From Candidatus Hydrogenedentota bacterium (GTDB lineage: Bacteria; Hydrogenedentota; Hydrogenedentia; Hydrogenedentales; SLHB01): DNA of 64,000 bases. The translations under genes were made by a program, and so were the position numbers. The first letter of the stretch is position 1. Each line of letters starts with the position of its first letter. The stretch spans positions 105,932 through 169,931 of the forward strand of contig BTVY01000007.1 of assembly GCA_045863335.1 (NCBI GenBank), read 5' to 3'. Positions 27,223 to 37,298 of this stretch are shown piece by piece. The notes under the pieces were generated by a model that saw nothing but the letters and a program-made list of their open reading frames with translations, ran no database searches and had not been told where the DNA came from.

Positions 27223-28704
27223 TCAGTCCAAGGGGACTCGGCGCGGAAGTGGTTCTTCGACCGGCTTGAGCGTAATGAGTACTGTAAATGCCGCAGTCAT
27301 GGCTACAAACACATACCCCTGCGCATAGAGAAGGCGTGGCATCGCGAGACATGCAATCATCTGGCCACAGTATGCGGCCGCAATCCCGCGCATCAGGCAT
27401 CGCTGCCGCCAGTCCGCCAGCGCGGTCAATCTGCGGCACATTTCCACAAAGATGCCCCCGAACCCGAGCAGCACGAGCAACGCTCCAAACACGCCGCCTT
27501 TGAAGAGGTAGTACATCCAGGTGTTGTGAACCGTCTGGTATTCCGTCTGGGCATAGGCGATCTGACTGGTCTTTGACGCCAACCCCAACGCTTCGAAGGT
27601 ACTTCCCATGCCGGCGCCGATGCCGGGGTGCCGTTGAAAGACGCGGTAGGCGCCTTCCATTTCGACGAACCGGGCGCGGATCGAGGTACCCAGCGCGGGG
27701 ACCGCGTCCGCCAGCAGATCGCCGGCCGGTCCCGCTACCAACACCAGGGCCGCGACGAGCGCGAACACCCCCAATCCGGCCACGGCGGCGCGGGTGTGCC
27801 ATCCCGGAAGGGCGAGCCATGCCAAAATGGCCAGCGACACGAAGGCGGAAACATAGGCCGTGCGCATGAAGGTGATGGCGATTGCGAACGTCAACACTGC
27901 GATACACACGATGAAATGTCCGCGTTGCCGTTTGGAGATTTCGTGGCCGATCGCGAAACTCGCGAGCACGGTCAAGGTCACTTCATAGTACACGTGGCCT
28001 GAAGGTCGAACGGACTGGACCAGCCTTCCCGCAAGGCGGCGCGGCACGTATTCGCCCCACACATTCTGAACGTTGATAACGTCGCCGGTCACGAAGGTAT
28101 AAAGAAAGTACGCGATGGCTATCGTGGCCACCGTCATCGTGACGACGAGGAACGCGCGAACACAGAGGGAGAGATCGGCCTCGCGCGCCAGGAACACAAG
28201 CACCACGTAGCTCGCCAGCATGAAGGGGTTGCGCATCTCGCCGATAATGAGATGCAGGTTGTACTGTTGCAGAACGCCGACGACGGTGACTTGAACGAAA
28301 TAGAAGCCGAGCATGAGAACGAAGAAATGGATGGGGTCCGCGATCGGCCGCGCCCGTCCCTGCATGAGTTTGACCATCCCGTGGGCAAGTAACCCGAACA
28401 ACAGCAACTCGCGGGGATGCCACTCCACGCCGCCGGCACTAACCGTCGTAAAGGAGCGCATCTGGTGGGTGAATCCCATGAAAAGCAGGAAGAACAAGAT
28501 CACCCAACGCGACGGGGCGAAAACGAACACGGTGCCCAGCACCAACGCGGCGGCCAGAATCAGCGCCGGCACCGGCCCCAGCGCGCACACGGCCACGACA
28601 ACCAGCGAGACCAGGATGATCTGCTGACCAAGGAGATCGCGCTCCGTCGCGGGGAAAAGCGCGATTCGTACGGTCTGCTGTAAGAGATTGCTGCGTGCGG
28701 CCAC
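27223..28704 (-). CDS. O-antigen ligase/polymerase (Wzy_C-like) membrane protein
   Basis: Multi-pass membrane protein with TFMRTAY, SIRARF, HPGIGAGMG and VHNTWMYYLFKGGVFG. Confidence 0.8.
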   Translation of the reverse strand: MAARSNLLQQTVRIALFPATERDLLGQQIILVSLVVVAVCALGPVPALILAAALVLGTVFVFAPSRWVILFFLLFMGFTHQMRSFTTVSAGGVEWHPRELLLFGLLAHGMVKLMQGRARPIADPIHFFVLMLGFYFVQVTVVGVLQQYNLHLIIGEMRNPFMLASYVVLVFLAREADLSLCVRAFLVVTMTVATIAIAYFLYTFVTGDVINVQNVWGEYVPRRLAGRLVQSVRPSGHVYYEVTLTVLASFAIGHEISKRQRGHFIVCIAVLTFAIAITFMRTAYVSAFVSLAILAWLALPGWHTRAAVAGLGVFALVAALVLVAGPAGDLLADAVPALGTSIRARFVEMEGAYRVFQRHPGIGAGMGSTFEALGLASKTSQIAYAQTEYQTVHNTWMYYLFKGGVFGALLVLLGFGGIFVEMCRRLTALADWRQRCLMRGIAAAYCGQMIACLAMPRLLYAQGYVFVAMTAAFTVLITLKPVEEPLPRRVPLD

Positions 28705-28876
28705 GTGAATCGACTCGTCTCACTTTAAGTTGAGTTGCCTATGGGGTAAGCGAAGGGTAAGGCTATCCGACTGATGGGCGTCTTTCAAGAGGCGGGACGA
28801 TGGGATGGGGTCTTGAGCCGTCGCAAGTTTGGAGGGCATACTCACACTCGGTTTATGGGAGCGCGCGGGGATTTGA

Positions 28877-30469
28877 ATGGCGAATAATGTCAGAAAGCGC
28901 AAATTCTCCTGGTGTCGAATGCTGCGAGATGGCGCGATACTCGTCGCGATTACGGCCGCCTTGGCCGGTGGCGTCGAGCTAGCGGCGCGGATAGCGGTTG
29001 CGCCACCGGAGGAAGACATTCACGACCGGGTGGAGGAGTTCGACGTCGCCCCAAAGGAACCGGGGACGTTTCGAATTCTGACCTACGGCGGTTCGACCAC
29101 CGCGGGATATCCGAGACCTGAACTGGGATTCGCGATGCAACTCGAATCCGCGTTGCGCCGTTCGCGTCCCGAAACGCCGGTAGAAGTCATCAACCTCGGA
29201 TACTCCGGCAAGTCGTCGGTCTACGTCCGGGCGATGGTCGGGCGGGCGGAAGAACACGAACCGGACTTGCTGGTGGTCTTGTCGGGGCACAACGAGTATT
29301 TAAATCGAACCGGCGAGGATCAATCCCTTACTGAGAAATTGGCCAGGGCGGCAGGCCGTCTCGCGATTGTTCGATTCGCGATGGAGAAGCTGCGCGCCAA
29401 CGCACCCGAACCGCTGAGCCCGGACTACTTCCTGCCGGAACAGGTGGTGCCCTATGACCGGTCCTCCCCCTGGTATGCGGGCCGTATCGCCAATCACGAG
29501 GCAAATCTGAAGTCGGTGGCGGACTGGGCGCAGTCGCACGACGTGCCGGTCATCTTCTGTACGCCACCCGCAAACCTGGCCGAGTGGCCGCCGATCTACC
29601 GGCGCATCGACCGGTACGTCAGCAATCCGGACTACTACGAAGACCTGGCGCGCGTGAAAGCGTTGCGAGCCGAAGGCCGGAACGAGGATGCCTTGACTGC
29701 GATCGACAAGGTCATCGCGGAATACGGCGAAGACGCCATGTTCGCCTATCTGCGAGCTTATGCATGCCGCGATCTTGGCCGACTGGACGAGGCGTACGAA
29801 CTTTACTGGCGCGCCATTGAGCTGGACCCCTTTCCGCAGCGCGTGCTGCCGGTGATGAACGAACACATTCGCGCATTGCGCGATGAAGCGAATGGCGTGT
29901 ACATTGCTGACGTGGCGGCGGCGTTTGAGGCCGCATCGGAAAACCGGTTCACGGGATTGCGCCTGGTCGGCGACAACGTGCACCCCACGCTTGCGGGACA
30001 CGCCCTCGTCGCGCGCGAAATCGCCCGGACCATGGCGGAGCAGGGGCTGTTTCTGACAGGTTCGACCGTGCCGGAGAGCACCGCATCCCCGGAGGTCTGG
30101 CTTCAGGCCTTCATGGACGAAATCCCGAGTCCAAGCCTGAAGAAGTGGCAGAACATGAAGGTCGCCCAGTTTTACAGCAATTATTGCCAGAAATACCCGT
30201 TCTACTACTTCGAACTTGCGCTCCAATACCAATTGGAAGTGCTGGAACGCGCCAAGGATCTCGATCAGGACAATTGGGGCATCTACGGCGAAGTGGGGAC
30301 GCTCCTCATCATGAATGGACGCGTCGACGAGGGCATCGAGTACCTGCGCAACGCCACGGCCTTGAAAGGATCGCCCCTCGATCCCGGCGATCACGGTTCG
30401 GTGAACTGGATTCCCGAAGCCCTCCAAATAGCTGGGATAACGCTGGAGTCCCTGAATGGCGAATCGTAA
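28877..30469 (+). CDS. Membrane-anchored SGNH/GDSL hydrolase-like protein with TPR-like helices
   Basis: N-terminal membrane helix; GGSTTAG, INLGYSG, GHNE and DNVHPT blocks; TPR-like LGRLDEAYELYWRAIELDP. Confidence 0.8.
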   Translation: MANNVRKRKFSWCRMLRDGAILVAITAALAGGVELAARIAVAPPEEDIHDRVEEFDVAPKEPGTFRILTYGGSTTAGYPRPELGFAMQLESALRRSRPETPVEVINLGYSGKSSVYVRAMVGRAEEHEPDLLVVLSGHNEYLNRTGEDQSLTEKLARAAGRLAIVRFAMEKLRANAPEPLSPDYFLPEQVVPYDRSSPWYAGRIANHEANLKSVADWAQSHDVPVIFCTPPANLAEWPPIYRRIDRYVSNPDYYEDLARVKALRAEGRNEDALTAIDKVIAEYGEDAMFAYLRAYACRDLGRLDEAYELYWRAIELDPFPQRVLPVMNEHIRALRDEANGVYIADVAAAFEAASENRFTGLRLVGDNVHPTLAGHALVAREIARTMAEQGLFLTGSTVPESTASPEVWLQAFMDEIPSPSLKKWQNMKVAQFYSNYCQKYPFYYFELALQYQLEVLERAKDLDQDNWGIYGEVGTLLIMNGRVDEGIEYLRNATALKGSPLDPGDHGSVNWIPEALQIAGITLESLNGES

Positions 30470-30499
30470 TCCTTTCCCGATACGGCGGGGAGCAGTTTC

Positions 30500-31624
30500 A
30501 TGGTCGTAGGGATTGACGCGCGCGCGGCGAATGTCGCGGCACCGCTGGGCGTGGGCGTGTATTGCCAGGAGTTGATTCGGGCCATAGCCGCGTTGCCCGA
30601 TGCGCCAAGCCTCCGTCTCTATCTGGACGCGGAGCCGAGTCCGGGTTTTCCGGTCGAAAACGAGCAGGCGGACATTCGCATCTTGCCGCGGGGTTTCGCG
30701 TGGACGACGCTTCAGTTGGCGCGAGAACTGCGCCGCGAGCCGCCGGACGTCTTTTTCGCTCCGGTCATGCAAGTGCCGCTCGGAGTGCCATGCCCGGTCG
30801 TCGCAACGGCTCATGGACTTCCGTTCCACAAGTACGGGTCGTCACCGAATCCGCTCCGGCGGGTGTGGGCCGTCTTGCGCACGCTGCTGATCCTGTGGCG
30901 CTGCGATCGTATCATCGCCATCAGCGACAGCATGAAGGCCGATATGGTGAACGTGCTGCGTACTGCCGGGGATCGTGTTGCGGTCATACCCCACGGGTGT
31001 TCGCCGGGGTTCCGCCCCGATGTGGATCCCGGCGCCGTTGCGCGGGTGCGTGAACGATACGAACTCCCTGAGCGGTATGTTCTTTATTGCGGTCGCATCG
31101 GCATGCACAAGAACCTCGTTCGCCTGATCGACGCGTTCACCGCGGTGCGGACCCGGCATCCCAAACTCCACTGTCAACTCGTGCTGGCAGGGTCGATGCA
31201 GCTCGACTCCGGCCCCATCAAGGCGGCTGCGGAGCGATCCTCGGTGAAGGAAGATATCCGCTTCATTGGGTACGTGGACCGAAGTGAATTGCCCATGCTC
31301 ATGGCCGGCGCCCACGCGCTCGCATTCGTATCGTTGTGGGAATCTTTCGGCATGCCCGCCCTCGAAGCGATGGCTTCCGGTACGCCGGTCGTCGCCTCCA
31401 ACTGCGGCGCCCTGCCGGAAGTGTGCGGCGACGCCGCCGTCCTGGTGGATCCGTCCGATACGAAAGCAATCGAATTTGGACTGGAACGACTGCTCACTGA
31501 CGAGGGGTACCGACTCGGTCTGCGAGACTGCGGCCTGCAACGCGCCTCGGAGTTCTCCTGGGACCGAACCGCGCGTGAAACGCTGCGAGTAATCAGGACC
31601 GAGGGCGAGGGCACCGCGCCGTAG
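30500..31624 (+). CDS. Glycosyltransferase family 4 (MtfB-like)
   Basis: GIDAR...GVGVY, HKNLVRLIDAF, SLWESFGMPALEAMASGTPVV, FSWDRTARET. Confidence 0.92.
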   Translation: MVVGIDARAANVAAPLGVGVYCQELIRAIAALPDAPSLRLYLDAEPSPGFPVENEQADIRILPRGFAWTTLQLARELRREPPDVFFAPVMQVPLGVPCPVVATAHGLPFHKYGSSPNPLRRVWAVLRTLLILWRCDRIIAISDSMKADMVNVLRTAGDRVAVIPHGCSPGFRPDVDPGAVARVRERYELPERYVLYCGRIGMHKNLVRLIDAFTAVRTRHPKLHCQLVLAGSMQLDSGPIKAAAERSSVKEDIRFIGYVDRSELPMLMAGAHALAFVSLWESFGMPALEAMASGTPVVASNCGALPEVCGDAAVLVDPSDTKAIEFGLERLLTDEGYRLGLRDCGLQRASEFSWDRTARETLRVIRTEGEGTAP

Positions 31625-31667
31625 CCAATCGTTCATTGCTCCGTGCCTGACGGGTCGTCAGGATCGG

Positions 31668-33149
31668 TCAATCGTTGGCAATTCGAGGACTGCCTGACCT
31701 CGACCGAACCGGTATGAGCAGGCGCGCCAGTTGCACGAGTTGCCCGACGGACACGAGCGATACAGCGAAACTCGCTGCCACAAAAACGAGCAGGGCGCCA
31801 GCCCGCCATCCGAATGCCGGAAACGACTGTCCGAGCGCAAGGCAACCGGCCATTACGGCGTGTGCCATGGCAACTCGACCAAGCCGAAGGCGCATCCCGT
31901 TTCGATGGGCCCAGAATCCCTGGATCCCTGCGGTGACGGCCATGGTGCACAAGTATGCGACGCCGGCGCCGAATATCCCGTAGCGGGGAATGAGTACGAG
32001 ATTGGCGGTCACGCTGAACACCCCCGAGACCAGATTTGCCCACGCGACCAGACCCGGTTTTCCCAGCGCGATAAGCGACTGACCAAAGGTCCCGCTTTGG
32101 ATCGCGAGGCAAGTACCGGTCATCAGCAGCCACAGCACCGACACCGATGGCAGGTATTTCTCGGAAAAGAGCAAGACGATGAGCGGGCGTTCAATCACGA
32201 GTATGGCGAGTACGCTGGTGTAACCGAGGAACAAGATTAGGGCGAGCGTCTTGTTGAGGAGTCTCGCGGCGCCTTCCGTGTCTCCCTCGGCGACCCGCGC
32301 GGAAATTCCAGGAAGATACGGTACGAGCGTCGAAACGAGAATTCGTGTGTACATGTTGGGCAGGCGCTTGGCCATTTCGTAGTACGCCACGACCACGGGG
32401 TTGCCCAGGAGCAGGGCGACCAAAAAGGTGTCGAATCGCTGCGTCGTAAAGGCCATGATGTTGTTCACATACAACGGCTTGCTGAACTGGACGGCGTCGA
32501 AGTAGGCGCGGGCGCAACGCCGCAAGGAGGCCCAGGGAAATGCAAAGGCCCCCAGCCACACTGCGGCGACGGTGTATGCAGTCAGCGTGCAGAGGGCGAG
32601 CGTCAGCAATCCGCCGTCCAGCCAGGCGATGAAGAGGGCGACGAGTGAGACGTTGACGAGCGCGCCCCACACTTGCGCGGCGGCACGGGGTCCGAACCGG
32701 TTCATCCCGGCCAGGGCGGCCAGGGCGGTGTCCCGTTGGGTGGCGACGAAGAAGAAGGGCGGCAATAGCCACAGGTAAGGAAAGAGGCGCGTCCAGCTCT
32801 CGTTCACGGAGATGGCGGCGGGGTCGCGAATGAGGAGCCAGGCGGTGAAGACCGCCGCGCAAATCGCAAGCGACACAAATACTTGAAAGAGCAGAATCGA
32901 TGCGCCAAGCGACCGGCGTTCCTCCTCCGGCGCGGCGGCGAGGATGCGTGGCAAGGCGGAGTGAAGCCCGAAGGTCGTCAGCAACACGAGGCAGTCGCTG
33001 CAGAGGATGAGGAGCCAGAAGGTTCCGATGTCGGATTCGGGAAGGACCCGGCCAAAAATTACGGCCGCGCCCAGTTGCCCCGCCATGGACAGGATCATGC
33101 CGACCCCGGAAAGAAAGGCCCCTCGAACCAAGGTCCGGCCGCTGGTCAT
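31668..33149 (-). CDS. Polysaccharide flippase (Wzx, MOP superfamily)
   Basis: About 12-14 hydrophobic segments; RFDTFLV, YYEMAKRL, LFSEKY, LIPRYGIFGAGVA. Confidence 0.85.
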   Translation of the reverse strand: MTSGRTLVRGAFLSGVGMILSMAGQLGAAVIFGRVLPESDIGTFWLLILCSDCLVLLTTFGLHSALPRILAAAPEEERRSLGASILLFQVFVSLAICAAVFTAWLLIRDPAAISVNESWTRLFPYLWLLPPFFFVATQRDTALAALAGMNRFGPRAAAQVWGALVNVSLVALFIAWLDGGLLTLALCTLTAYTVAAVWLGAFAFPWASLRRCARAYFDAVQFSKPLYVNNIMAFTTQRFDTFLVALLLGNPVVVAYYEMAKRLPNMYTRILVSTLVPYLPGISARVAEGDTEGAARLLNKTLALILFLGYTSVLAILVIERPLIVLLFSEKYLPSVSVLWLLMTGTCLAIQSGTFGQSLIALGKPGLVAWANLVSGVFSVTANLVLIPRYGIFGAGVAYLCTMAVTAGIQGFWAHRNGMRLRLGRVAMAHAVMAGCLALGQSFPAFGWRAGALLVFVAASFAVSLVSVGQLVQLARLLIPVRSRSGSPRIAND

Positions 33150-33206
33150 GCGCAGGAATCTCCCCTCTACCGGCGCGGCGCGTGCGCGATACGACGGCGA
33201 CGCGGA

Positions 33207-34559
33207 TTAGGCCGTCTTGCCGGTCGCTTCCGGCACGGACGAATCCAGGAACGCAGCAAGCCGACGTATTGACAGCAGTGCAAAGAAGTGTATCGGGGCC
33301 ACGAGCGCACCGAGGAACGCGGCCGTCAACACCATCACACTGCGATGGGGGCCGACTTTGGTTTCCGGCGGAACGGCGTTGAAGGCCACTTTCAGGTCGG
33401 ACTCCGTTTCGGCCTCGGCCACGCGCGCGGCCTCGAGGTTCTCCGCGATCCGCTGGTATTGTTGTTCAGAGACGGTCCTGCGGCGCATGAGTTCGGCGCG
33501 AACGCGCTTCTGTTCCGCAAGATCCTGTTGCAACTGAGTTGCCTCTGTCCGCAGACGCTCCAACGCCACGGCGCCCGCCTCCTGCTTCTTTATCAGACCC
33601 GATACCATCGATTGGAGTGCGCTCTTTTTTTCACGAAGGGTCACAAAGACCTGATTGATCACCTCCGATTCCAGTACGTCGGACGAGTCAGGATTCCCCT
33701 TGCCAGCGGCCTCCATCAACCAATACGCTTCGTCGGAAGGCGCCTTGCGCAGGGTGGTCTTTTCACTTGTTGATTGGAGGTCCGTGTCCAGCGCGGCCAA
33801 TTCCGCCTGATGGCTTTCGATGTCGGTGTTCAGGCGCACCTGATCCAGTTCATACTCCGTGATGACCTTCTGGACCTCCTGGAGCCGCAGCGTCATGGAC
33901 TCGATGTCCCACTGGGCTTCGTGCTCCTCAATCAGCGCCTCAATGATTTCGAGTTGTTCGTTCACCTGCTCGAACCGGCCCTGGAGAAACTCCAGCGATC
34001 CGGCTTTTCCTTTAATACCCACTTCTTGGGACAAGGCAATGGCCAGCGTGGCCCATTCGTTCGCCATGGCGGCGGCGATGTCGGGGTCGGTGGCGCGGTA
34101 CGACAGCGTGATAAGGGGAACATACTCCACGTCGTAGGCAGTCTGCTTGAGGATCTCCGTGCGCAGCGTCATGGATTTCCGCACATCTTCCAGCGGAACT
34201 TCGGTATCCTCGTCGCGCTCCGCATTGAGCGCGGTCAGCCGGTCGCGAAGCTGTTTCACCATCTCGTTGTTGCGCAGCAGGATTTCGTAACCACGCACAC
34301 TCAACGGGCGGCCCATCAGGAATCCGATGCGCGCAGCGGGGTTGTCCTCGACCGATTGCTCACTCCCCCAAACGGCCTGCCCCAACGGCAACGGCGCAAC
34401 GAGCAGTCCGCTGTCGGATGCATATTCGTTGTCCAGGGTGAGCGAATATAAGGCGGTAATCGCGCCCGCAAACAGCCCGAACAGGACCGTCCGGCGCACG
34501 ACCTTCACAATCGTAGCGAGACCGGGATCGGTTCTGGCTTGGTCCTTCTTTGATGCCAT
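33207..34559 (-). CDS. Polysaccharide co-polymerase / chain-length determinant (Wzz/GumC-like, no kinase domain)
   Basis: Two terminal membrane helices, long coiled coil, DPDIAAAMAN and AVPPETKVGPHR. Confidence 0.85.
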   Translation of the reverse strand: MASKKDQARTDPGLATIVKVVRRTVLFGLFAGAITALYSLTLDNEYASDSGLLVAPLPLGQAVWGSEQSVEDNPAARIGFLMGRPLSVRGYEILLRNNEMVKQLRDRLTALNAERDEDTEVPLEDVRKSMTLRTEILKQTAYDVEYVPLITLSYRATDPDIAAAMANEWATLAIALSQEVGIKGKAGSLEFLQGRFEQVNEQLEIIEALIEEHEAQWDIESMTLRLQEVQKVITEYELDQVRLNTDIESHQAELAALDTDLQSTSEKTTLRKAPSDEAYWLMEAAGKGNPDSSDVLESEVINQVFVTLREKKSALQSMVSGLIKKQEAGAVALERLRTEATQLQQDLAEQKRVRAELMRRRTVSEQQYQRIAENLEAARVAEAETESDLKVAFNAVPPETKVGPHRSVMVLTAAFLGALVAPIHFFALLSIRRLAAFLDSSVPEATGKTA

Positions 34560-34611
34560 GCGACTCCCCTGCCTTGGGCAAAATCAACCCGCTGTCACAG
34601 TTTGCGTCGCG

Positions 34612-34640
34612 ATTATAGTGACGTGCTTCTGCCGGTGCAA
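34612..34640 (-). promoter_or_regulatory. Sigma70-type promoter of the wzz-wzx unit
   Basis: Minus strand TTGCAC (34640-34635), 17 nt, TATAAT (34617-34612). Confidence 0.65.
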
Positions 34641-34730
34641 ACGTTCGAGTTTGTCTTTCGGGCCAGTGTGCTGGCACTATATGCGGGAATATGCAACCAC
34701 ACGCGCAACGCGCATCGGAATCATCTGCCT

Positions 34731-35477
34731 GTGATCCAAGTTACTGAATTCCAGAAAATCTATCGCGAGACGTTGGCCGTCGAAGCGCTCACCTTCTCCG
34801 TTGAGCCGGGACAAATCCTCGGACTCGTCGGTCCTAACGGCGCGGGAAAAACGACCACGTTGCGGAGCATCGCCGGGATCATCCCACCGACTAGCGGAAA
34901 CCTCCTGGTGGCAGGCCACGATATCGTCAACGACCCCATCGCCGCCAAGTCGAAACTGGCGTACGTCCCGGACGACCCAAAGCTTTTCGACACGCTGACC
35001 GTTTGGGAACATCTCGAATTTATGGCCGCGGCGTACCGCGTTGACGGATGGCGAGAGACGGGTAACGCATTGCTGCAACGGTTTGAGTTGGAAAGCAAGC
35101 GCAACACGCTCGCATCGGAACTGTCGCGCGGCATGCGTCAGAAGGTCGCCATCTGCTGCGCCTACCTTCACGACCCGCGCGTGATTCTGTTCGACGAACC
35201 CCACACCGGCCTCGACCCCCGGGGCATCCGCACCATGCGGGAATCGGTGGAGGAGCGGGTCGCCAACGGAGCCGCCGTCGTCATCAGCTCCCATCTCCTG
35301 GAGATCGTCGAGGACATGTGCACGCACCTCCTCATTCTGCACCGGGGCAAACGCATGTTCTTCGGCACACTCGCGGATGCACGCTCGGCCTTCGGCGATT
35401 TCGACGGCAACGCGCGGCTGGAAGACGTGTTCTTCCGCATCACCGAGGGTGGCGCGACCTTGGGCGCTCCCGAGTAG
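34731..35477 (+). CDS. ABC transporter ATP-binding protein
   Basis: GPNGAGKTT, LSRGMRQK, FDEPHTGLDP, SSH. GTG start at 34731. Confidence 0.93.
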   Translation: MIQVTEFQKIYRETLAVEALTFSVEPGQILGLVGPNGAGKTTTLRSIAGIIPPTSGNLLVAGHDIVNDPIAAKSKLAYVPDDPKLFDTLTVWEHLEFMAAAYRVDGWRETGNALLQRFELESKRNTLASELSRGMRQKVAICCAYLHDPRVILFDEPHTGLDPRGIRTMRESVEERVANGAAVVISSHLLEIVEDMCTHLLILHRGKRMFFGTLADARSAFGDFDGNARLEDVFFRITEGGATLGAPE

Positions 35478-35480
35478 CCC

Positions 35481-37097
35481 ATGCTTCATCCCGCGCTGTA
35501 TAAGCTCCTCGCATTGAAATCCCGTGGTATGAAACGGCGGATGGTGCGCGGTATCAAAACGCCGAAAGGCGCGCTCTTCTTTATTATGGGTCTCGTCATG
35601 TTCGGGACCTGGCTCGGACCCAGCGTCTTCTTCGCCTTCTCCGAGCACACCGGCGACCCGAGCCAGCTCGAAACCACGATGCCCATGATCATCATCGGCA
35701 TGTGTCTGCTCACGCTCATCAGTTCGGCCGGCGAACGGGCCATCTATTTCAGTCCAGGCGAGATCGAGTTCCTCTTCCCTGGACCCTTCGGACGACGCGA
35801 GCTGCTCGGCTACAAGGTGCTGGGCCTGCTCATCGGCGTCTCGTTCAGTTCACTCATATTCTCCGTGCTCTTTCTGCGCTATTCCGCGTCGTGGTTCGCC
35901 GCGTTTGCGGGCGTGTTTCTTTCACTGGCCTTTGTGCAGTTGTTCAGCATGTCGCTCCTGCTGGTAGGACAGATGATGGCGGAACGGGCCTACACGCGGA
36001 TGCGCATGATCGTGCTGATCGCCTTCGGCGGGGTGTTGGCGGCGGCGCTGGGACCGCTCATCGCCATGCGCGGCATGGGCACCTGGGGCGACCGGCTGGC
36101 CAAGGCGCAAGATTCGCCGCTAGTCCACTACGCGTTCCTGCCCTTGCGCCCGTTCGCCAAAACGATTGCCGCGCCGCAGGTCTTTCCCGATTTGCTGCTC
36201 TGGTCGGGAGCGGCGCTGGCGATCAACGGCGCATTGTTTCTCTTCATCCTCTGGCTCGACGCCGAGTACCGGGAAACCGCCATCGGGGTGAGTCAACGCC
36301 TCTATGCGCGGCTGCAACGGGCGCAACGCAGCGGCATGGCGCCCACCACCGCGTCGGCCAAGGGCCGGATTCCGCAATTGCCCTGGTGGGGCGGCGTCGG
36401 CCCGGTCGCGTGGCGGCAAATGACCAACGCCGTGCGCAACGCGCGCAGCCTGATGATGATCCTGCTGCTCGTCGCCCTCGCCATCGGAATCCCGACCGTG
36501 GCCAAGGGCGAAAGCGACGTCAAGATCTGGCCCATGACCATGGCCATGGTCATCTGGTTGACCGTGTTTTTGTCCATGATGATCCGCTTCGACTTCCGCG
36601 CCGATATCGAGCAGATGGACTGGTTGAAGATGATGCCGGTCAAACCGTGGGCGCTGGTCTGTGGCCAAATCGCGGTGCCGGTGTTGATCTGTTCCGCGCT
36701 TCAGATTGCGCTGGTTGCCGTGACCGTGAAAATCGCGGGACGCCCCGAACTGTTGGCCCTGACCGTCGCGTTCGCGCCGCCCTTCAACATCCTCCTCTTC
36801 GGCATCGAGAACGCCCTGTTCCTCTTCGCGCCCACCAAGGTCGTCGCGTTCAGTCCCGGCGATTTTCAGGTCTTCGGACGGCAGTTACTCTTCATGCTCG
36901 TCAAACTCGTGCTCGTGACCATCGCGGGACTCGTCGCCTTCGGCGGCGGCGCGATCGTCTACCTGGTAAGTGGACCAAGCATGATCCCCGCCTTCGCTTT
37001 CGGCTGGGTGCTCGTCACCCTGCAAGCGCTCGCCATGATCCCCCTCGCGTCCTGGGCTTTCCGCCGCTTCGACGTAAGCCTCGACACCCCCGTCTAG
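35481..37097 (+). CDS. Putative ABC exporter permease
   Basis: Multi-pass membrane protein starting 3 nt after the ATPase; FSPGEIEFLFPGPFGRRELLGYK. Confidence 0.8.
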   Translation: MLHPALYKLLALKSRGMKRRMVRGIKTPKGALFFIMGLVMFGTWLGPSVFFAFSEHTGDPSQLETTMPMIIIGMCLLTLISSAGERAIYFSPGEIEFLFPGPFGRRELLGYKVLGLLIGVSFSSLIFSVLFLRYSASWFAAFAGVFLSLAFVQLFSMSLLLVGQMMAERAYTRMRMIVLIAFGGVLAAALGPLIAMRGMGTWGDRLAKAQDSPLVHYAFLPLRPFAKTIAAPQVFPDLLLWSGAALAINGALFLFILWLDAEYRETAIGVSQRLYARLQRAQRSGMAPTTASAKGRIPQLPWWGGVGPVAWRQMTNAVRNARSLMMILLLVALAIGIPTVAKGESDVKIWPMTMAMVIWLTVFLSMMIRFDFRADIEQMDWLKMMPVKPWALVCGQIAVPVLICSALQIALVAVTVKIAGRPELLALTVAFAPPFNILLFGIENALFLFAPTKVVAFSPGDFQVFGRQLLFMLVKLVLVTIAGLVAFGGGAIVYLVSGPSMIPAFAFGWVLVTLQALAMIPLASWAFRRFDVSLDTPV

Positions 37098-37113
37098 TCC
37101 CCCCGTAGCGCCA

Positions 37114-37156
37114 CTCGAAATCGCTATCGGGATCGGTATCGAAATCGACCCGATCC
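37114..37156. repeat. 6-nt-period array (ATCGNN)n, mostly a single arm
   Basis: CTCGAA ATCGCT ATCGGG ATCGGT ATCGAA ATCGAC CCGATCC. Confidence 0.75.
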
Positions 37157-37182
37157 ATCCTCCCTCCAACGAAAACCTCAGC

Positions 37183-37275
37183 ACAAAAATCGGGACAATT
37201 TCCCTTTTCGTTCCAGGGCATCGCGCAGGACAGAGGAAGACTTTGAACGAAAAGGGAAGCTGTCCTTATTTTTGT
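37183..37275. repeat. 31-bp imperfect inverted repeat (REP/MITE-like; could also act as a bidirectional terminator)
   Basis: ACAAAAATCGGGACAATTTCCCTTTTCGTTC versus GAACGAAAAGGGAAGCTGTCCTTATTTTTGT, 27 of 31 complementary, between convergent genes. Confidence 0.8.
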
Positions 37276-37298
37276 TCTGACACCCCGATTTACTCCAC

